Below are positions 58,524-64,000 of a stretch of DNA of 64,000 bases, one piece after another. A program made the translations under genes and the position numbers. The notes below the pieces were generated by a model that saw nothing but the letters and a program-made list of their open reading frames with translations, was not told where the DNA came from and did not search any database. Positions within the stretch are counted from its first letter, which is position 1; every line of letters starts with the position of its first letter. This DNA comes from Thermoanaerobaculia bacterium (GTDB lineage: Bacteria > Acidobacteriota > Thermoanaerobaculia > UBA5066): the NCBI GenBank assembly GCA_963816185.1, contig CAWFJJ010000001.1, positions 64,001-128,000 of the forward strand, written 5' to 3'.

Positions 58524-60461
58524 TCCTCGGGACCTTCGACGCTCCCGATCTGAACGACGAACAGGCGAAGACGCTGGCCGACCTGGCCCGCGCCGCGCGC
58601 GGCGACATCCTGAAGATGACGACGCTCGCCGCCTCGGGGCACCCCGGCGGCTCCATGTCGTCTCTCGACTTCCTCCTCGTCCTGTGGGGCTTCGGGAACT
58701 GCGACCCGAGGAATCCTTTCAAGGAGGATCGCGACCGCGTCGTGATCAGCCACGGGCACATCTCTCCCGGCTCGTATGCGGCGCTCGCGCGGCTCGGGTA
58801 CTTCGATCCCTCCCTGCCTTTCCTGGGCTTTCGTCGCGGCGGCTCGCCGTTCGAGGGACACGTCGAACGGGACGTGCCGGGTATCGACTGGGGCACGGGC
58901 AACCTCGGGCAGGGTTTCTCGGCCGCCGTGGGCTTCGCGCTGGCGGCGAAGATCAAGGGGAACGGCGCGCGCGTGTTCTGCGGGATGGGAGACGGCGAGC
59001 AGCAGAAGGGCCAGCCCTCGGAGGCACGCCGATTCGCCGTGCGCTACGGCCTGACGAACCTCGTTGCCGTCCTCGACTGGAACCACGAGCAGCTCTCCGG
59101 AAGCAACGCGGACATCATGCCGCAGCACATCGTCGCCGACTGGGAGGCGGACGGCTGGGGGGTCATCGAGGTCGACGGCCACGATGTCAGAGCCGTTTAC
59201 CGTGCCGTGCGCGCGGCTCTGAACGCGAGCCGCCCGACGCTCGTCGCCTGTCGCACGGTCATGTCGAAAGGCGTCCCCTTCATGGAGAGGGAGGGGTTCA
59301 AGTGGCACGGGGCCGCGCTGTCCGTCGACAAATGCCACGAAGCGCTCGCAATCCTGGGCGCGACCGACGATCTCGACCACTGGATCGCCGAGAGAAAGAA
59401 GCCCGCGCCCGACTGGCACCGCGTCCTCCCGCATCGCCCGGACGAGGCGGTCTCTTAGTCCCGAGGGTGGCAAGCCGCGGACGTACGCTGCCGACGCGAA
59501 GACCGATAACCGGAGCGCGTTCGGCGCCGCTCTCGCCGATCTCGGGACGCTGTCGGCGTCCTCGGGGGTCCCGATGGCCGTTCTGGACTGCGACCTTTCG
59601 GTCTCGACGAAGACGGACAAGTTCCTCGAGACGCATCCGAAGAGCTTCTTCCAGGGCGGCATCGCGGAGCACAACGCGGCCGTCGTGGCGGGCGCTCTGT
59701 CCCTCGCCGGCGTCGCGGCGTGGTGGGGCGAGTTCGCGATGTTCGGCGTGGCCGAATCGTACAACCAGCAGCGCCTCAACGACATCAACGAGACGAACGT
59801 GAAGCTCGCCGTGACGCACTCCGGGATCGACGTGGGCGAGGACGGCAAGACGCACCACTCCATCGACTACTTCGGCCTCCTGAATTCCACGTTCGGCTGG
59901 AAGGTCTTCACGCCGGCCGATCCGAACCAGACCGACCACATCGTGCGGTGGATGGCGACGCATCGCGGAAACCACGCCCTCGTCATGGGGCGCTCGAAAA
60001 TTCCGGTCGCGCTGAAGGAGGACGGGACGCCGTTCTTCGGGGGCGACTATGCCTTCGATCCGGCGCGCGCCGACAGGATCCGCGAGGGCGAAGGCCTTTC
60101 TCTCGTTTGCGCCGGCAACGTGCTGCCGTACGCGCTGGACGCGTGGAACGCGCTCGCGAAGGAAGGGACGCGCGTCGACCTCGTGTCCGTGGCCGCGTGG
60201 AGCGACCTTTCGGACCCGGATCTCGCGCACATCGCGCGGCACGGGGTCGTCGTCACCGTCGAGGATCACAACCCGAAGACGGGTCTCGGGACGTGGATCC
60301 AGGCCCGCCTCAACGACCTCGGCCATTCGGCGCGCGTCAAGAAGATGGGCGTCACGTTCTATTCGTCGTCGGGGCCCGCGAAGGAGCTTTACGCGCTCAT
60401 GGGCCTCGACGGGCCGGCCATCGCGAAAGCGGTCCGCGAAGCGATGTCTTCCAAGCGCTGA
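58520..60461 (+). CDS. tkt: Transketolase (apparent frameshift near 59455)
   Basis: SGHPGG, GTGNLGQG, GDGE...N (TPP motif); continuation DNRSAFG, GIAEHN, GEDGKTH, VEDH lies in another frame with no start codon before DNRSAFG. Confidence 0.88.
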
Positions 60462-60477
60462 CGCCGGAGGAGAAACG

Positions 60478-61983
60478 ATGTCGAGCGCGATCACGACCGA
60501 CCCCGCGACGATCGTCATCTTCGGAGGCTCGGGCGACCTCAGCAAGCGCAAGCTCGTGCCCGCGCTCTTCGAGCTGCATCGGGAAAAGCAGCTTCCCCTC
60601 GCGACGGCCATCGTCGGATACGCGCGGACGGGCGAGTCCGACGAGAGCTACCGCGCCGAGATGAAGGCCGCGGTCGCCGAGTTCGCCCGGAAGAAGCCCG
60701 TCGAGGACGAGGAGTGGAGCTCTTTCGCGTCCCGGCTCTTCTTCTTCCGGGGCGACCTGAAGATTTCGAAGAACTACGCCGACCTCAAGGCGCGCCTCGA
60801 GTCGGTCGAGAAGGAGCGGGGTCTGCCCGGGAACAGGCTCTTCTACCTCGCGATCCCGCCCTCCGCGATCGGCATCGTGGTGGCCAACCTCGGCCAGGCC
60901 GGCTTCGTCTATCGGATCGACGGCGGCCCGTGGTCGCGCGTCATCGTGGAGAAGCCGTTCGGGCGCGATCTCCAGACGGCCCGCGCGCTGAACGAGGAGC
61001 TGGCTCACGTCTTCCGCGAGCGCCAGATCTTCCGCATCGACCATTACCTCGGCAAGGAGACCACGCAGAACATCCTCGTCCTGAGGCTCGGAAACGGCAT
61101 TTTCGAGCCGATGTGGAACCGCCGCTACGTCGACCACGTGCAGATCACCGTCGCCGAGTCCATCGGCGTCGAGAACCGGGGGAAGTTCTACGAGGAGGCC
61201 GGAGTCCTCCGTGACATCATCCAGAATCACGTTCTTCAGCTCCTGTGTCTCGTCGCGATGGAGCCGCCCGTCGCCTTCGACCCGAACGCCGTACGCGACG
61301 AGAAGGTGAAAGTGCTGAGGTCCATCCAGCCGCAGTCGCCCGACGAGATCCTGCGCGACAGCGTGCGCGGACAGTACGGACCGGGTGCGGTGGACGGGCA
61401 GCCGGTCGTGGGCTATCGCGCGGAGAAGGACGTCAACGCGATGTCGCTCCGCGAAACCTACGCGGCATGGAAAGTGCAAATCGAGAACTGGCGGTGGGCC
61501 GGCGTGCCGTTCTACCTGCGCGCCGGAAAACGGCTGGCCAAGCGCATCACGGAGATCGCGATCCAGTTCAAGACGCCGCCGATCGCCCTTTTCCGACAGG
61601 TCGGAGTCCTCCGGCAGGAGCCGAACGTCCTCGTCCTGCGCATCCAGCCCGACGAGGGTGTCGCCTGGAAGTTTGGGGCGAAGGTGCCCGGGCCCGTGAC
61701 GAAGATCGATACCGTCACGATGGACTTTCGTTATCGCGAGTTCTTCGGCGCGTCGCAGCCCGAGGCCTACGAACGGCTCCTCATGGACGCGATCCACGGC
61801 GACTCCACGCTCTTCGCGCGGCGCGACGAGGTCGAAGCCGCCTGGGAGCACGTGACGCCGCTCCTCGACGTGTGGCGCGACAACCCGCCTCTGGACCACC
61901 CGAACTACGAGGCGGGCACCTGGGGGCCCGACGCGTCCGTGGCGCTCCTCGCGAGGGACGGGAGACGTTGGCGGAGGCCGTGA
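60478..61983 (+). CDS. zwf: Glucose-6-phosphate 1-dehydrogenase
   Basis: GGSGDLSKRKL, EKPFG, RIDHYLGKE, RWAGVPFYLRAGK. Confidence 0.95.
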   Translation: MSSAITTDPATIVIFGGSGDLSKRKLVPALFELHREKQLPLATAIVGYARTGESDESYRAEMKAAVAEFARKKPVEDEEWSSFASRLFFFRGDLKISKNYADLKARLESVEKERGLPGNRLFYLAIPPSAIGIVVANLGQAGFVYRIDGGPWSRVIVEKPFGRDLQTARALNEELAHVFRERQIFRIDHYLGKETTQNILVLRLGNGIFEPMWNRRYVDHVQITVAESIGVENRGKFYEEAGVLRDIIQNHVLQLLCLVAMEPPVAFDPNAVRDEKVKVLRSIQPQSPDEILRDSVRGQYGPGAVDGQPVVGYRAEKDVNAMSLRETYAAWKVQIENWRWAGVPFYLRAGKRLAKRITEIAIQFKTPPIALFRQVGVLRQEPNVLVLRIQPDEGVAWKFGAKVPGPVTKIDTVTMDFRYREFFGASQPEAYERLLMDAIHGDSTLFARRDEVEAAWEHVTPLLDVWRDNPPLDHPNYEAGTWGPDASVALLARDGRRWRRP

Positions 61984-62750
61984 GGGAAGTTCTCGCGTTC
62001 GGCACCCCGGACGATGTCGCGGACGCGGCGGCTTTTCTCTTCGTGAACCTCGCCTATCAGGCCGTCGCCGCACGGGGAAGATTCTTCGTCTCCCTCGCGG
62101 GAGGAACGACGCCCCTTGCGTGTTACCGGCTGTTGGCGGCGCCGCTGATCGCGACGAAGGTGAACTGGGAAGCCACCCACGTCTTCTTCGGCGACGAGCG
62201 CTGCGTTCCCGAAGGTCATCCGGATCGAAACGACGAAGCTGCGTTCGAGGCGCTGCTGCGGCACGTCCCGATCCCAGAGAAAAACGTCCACCGTGTCCCC
62301 GTGGACGAGCCGGACGGCGCGGAGCGCTATGAATCCGACTTGCGCGGGGCATTCTCCATCTTCTCCGCGTCCTCTTCGAAGGGAATTCCCCGTTTCGACC
62401 TCGTGTTCCTCGGGCTCGGGGCGGACGGTCACACCGCTTCGCTGTTCCCGGGTCGTCCCTCTCTCGAGGAGAACCAGCGGCTCGTTCTGCGAGTCGACGA
62501 CTCGCCGAAGCCGCCTCCTTCGCGCGTCACGTTCACGCTGCCCCTGCTGAATGCCGCCCGCCATGTGGCGCTTCTCGTGACGGGGAAGGACAAGGCCCCG
62601 GCCCTCGCCCGCGTCCTCGAGGGCGACGAGGCGCTGCCGGCCGCCCACCTCGGCCCCGATGGAACGCTGACGATCCTCGCGGACACGGCCGCTCTTTCCC
62701 TTTCGAAGAACCTCCCGCGGCCGAAGGCCTCCGCCCCCGCCGACCGATGA
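61980..62750 (+). CDS. pgl: 6-phosphogluconolactonase
   Basis: LAGGTTP, FGDERCVP, LGLGADGHTASLFP, RVTFT. Confidence 0.92.
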   Translation: MREVLAFGTPDDVADAAAFLFVNLAYQAVAARGRFFVSLAGGTTPLACYRLLAAPLIATKVNWEATHVFFGDERCVPEGHPDRNDEAAFEALLRHVPIPEKNVHRVPVDEPDGAERYESDLRGAFSIFSASSSKGIPRFDLVFLGLGADGHTASLFPGRPSLEENQRLVLRVDDSPKPPPSRVTFTLPLLNAARHVALLVTGKDKAPALARVLEGDEALPAAHLGPDGTLTILADTAALSLSKNLPRPKASAPADR

Positions 62751-63733
62751 TCCTCGCGGGCGACATCGGTGGGACGAACGTGCGTCTCGCGCTCTTCGAG
62801 ATGGAAGCGGGAAGGCTGGTTCGAAGAGAAGAGAGGAAGTTCCGGAGCCGCGAGTTCCCGGGGCTCGAGGGGCCAGTGGAATCGTTTCTCGCGGGCCGGC
62901 GCGTTCTCGCCGCCGGCTTCGGCGTTGCCGGCGCCGTGCGCAACGGTCGCTGCGAGGCCACGAACCTGCCCTGGGTCGTGGATGCGGCCCTTCTCGGCGC
63001 GAAACTCGCGCTCCGGCGCGTGGCGCTCGTGAACGACCTCTTCGCGAACGCGCTCGGCCTGTCGGAGCTTTCCGGCGAGGACTTCGCCGTTGTGAACGAG
63101 GGCACTCCGGATCTCGGCGGCAGCGCGGCCCTCATTTCCGCCGGGACGGGCCTCGGGGAGGCCTACCTCGTGCGGAGAGGCGGCCGGCTCGAGCCGCAGG
63201 CTTCCGAGGGCGGGCACGCGTCTTTTGCGCCGCGCAATCCATTCGAGATCGACCTCCTGAGGCACCTCCACCGCACGTTCAGCCACGTGTCCTTCGAGCG
63301 GGTTCTGTCGGGGCCCGGCCTCGCCGCGCTCTACGCGTTCGAGCGCTCGCGCTCTGAGGAGAGCGAGCCCGCATGGCTCTCGGCCCAGATCGCCGCGGCC
63401 CGTGACGCGTCTCCGGCCGTGACGGCTGCCGCGCTCGCGGGCAAGGATCCCGTGGCCGCACGCACCCTGGACTGCTTCGTCTCGATCTACGGCGGCGAGG
63501 CCGGAAATCTCGCGCTCAAGGTTCTCGCGACGGGCGGCGTTTACGTGGGCGGCGGGATCGCTCCTCGGATCCTGCCGAAGCTCCTCGATGGGACATTCTT
63601 CGCGGCCTTCTGCGACAAGGGGCGCTTCGCGGCGCTCCTCGCGAGAATTCCGATCAAGGTCGTGGTAAACGACGCGTGCGCGCTCCTCGGTGCGGCGCGC
63701 CTCGGAGCGGAGCTCTCCGAAGCACCGGGTTAG
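62747..63733 (+). CDS. glk: Glucokinase
   Basis: GDIGGTN, VND, GTGLG, SEGGH, ERVLSGPG, GGGIAP. Confidence 0.93.
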   Translation: MILAGDIGGTNVRLALFEMEAGRLVRREERKFRSREFPGLEGPVESFLAGRRVLAAGFGVAGAVRNGRCEATNLPWVVDAALLGAKLALRRVALVNDLFANALGLSELSGEDFAVVNEGTPDLGGSAALISAGTGLGEAYLVRRGGRLEPQASEGGHASFAPRNPFEIDLLRHLHRTFSHVSFERVLSGPGLAALYAFERSRSEESEPAWLSAQIAAARDASPAVTAAALAGKDPVAARTLDCFVSIYGGEAGNLALKVLATGGVYVGGGIAPRILPKLLDGTFFAAFCDKGRFAALLARIPIKVVVNDACALLGAARLGAELSEAPG

Positions 63734-63783
63734 ACTTCGCGTGGGCCCTCGGCCCGCAGTCCATTCGAAAGGAATCGGATTCG

Positions 63784-64000
63784 ATGAAGAAGATCCTGTC
63801 CGCTCTACTGACCGGCGCCGCTTTCGTCCTCCTGACGTTTTCCGCCCCAGCCGACGAAAAAAAGCCCGTGTCTGCCGCCGCGAAGGACAAGAAGGAGTCG
63901 AAGATGAAGACGACCCCCTCGGGCCTCCAGTACGAGGACACGAAAGAAGGGACCGGTGCCTCGCCGAAGACAGGCCAGACGTGCGTGATGCACTACACGG
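63784..64000 (+). CDS. FKBP-type peptidyl-prolyl cis-trans isomerase, exported (truncated by window end)
   Basis: Manual translation: MKKILSALL...TTPSGLQYEDTKEGTGASPKTGQTCVMHYT. Confidence 0.85.
   Translation, partial: MKKILSALLTGAAFVLLTFSAPADEKKPVSAAAKDKKESKMKTTPSGLQYEDTKEGTGASPKTGQTCVMHYT

Noticed and set aside
58520-60461. Naturally split two-subunit transketolase
   Set aside because: The second frame has no start codon upstream of the conserved DNRSAFG segment, and a 2-nt insertion in a TC run restores one gene
65-63461. Many long Arg/Ala/Pro-rich overlapping ORFs (e.g. 4068..6338, 9335..11497, 16765..18990, 21810..23657, 48667..50775)
   Set aside because: Expected in high-GC DNA with few stop codons in alternative frames; no motifs; each overlaps a well-supported gene

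Overview
GC-rich (roughly 68-70% by eye), densely coding bacterial chromosomal window. Gene content suggests Acidobacteriota, possibly Thermoanaerobaculia; this is an inference. No rRNA, tRNA, CRISPR, integrase or transposase was recognised. Layout: (1) 0-19 kb is a type IV pilus accessory/regulatory locus. A leftward operon encodes a HEAT-repeat-PilT fusion, a second PilT, a PilS-like kinase and a sigma-54 activator. It faces a rightward operon with a sigma-54-type promoter: FimT/PilV/PilW/PilX-like minor pilins and an ~1800-aa PilY1 whose vWA domain is interrupted by an ~315-aa Pro/Thr repeat. A second PilW paralogue, an exported protein and another sigma-54 activator follow. (2) 19-36 kb holds selA, TldD/PmbA, an acyl-CoA carboxylase, a DsbA-like protein, a pseudokinase-TonB fusion, mltG, ruvX, a thiolase and scoAB. 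(3) 36-44 kb holds lptD, a surface protein, rmlD, and a phytol-kinase/DUF92 fusion translationally coupled to a UbiA prenyltransferase. (4) 44.5-53 kb is a Rieske/cytochrome b6-type complex with a 4x[4Fe-4S] polyferredoxin, a HEAT protein, an octaheme cytochrome c and a cupredoxin-like protein. (5) 53-64 kb holds DUF2400, hflX, a GT39, tal-tkt-zwf-pgl-glk and a partial FKBP. Five apparent frameshifts (selA, a TPR gene twice, mltG, tkt) sit in short repeats and are probably sequencing errors. Several small palindrome families recur. All family assignments come from reading motifs, not from database searches.
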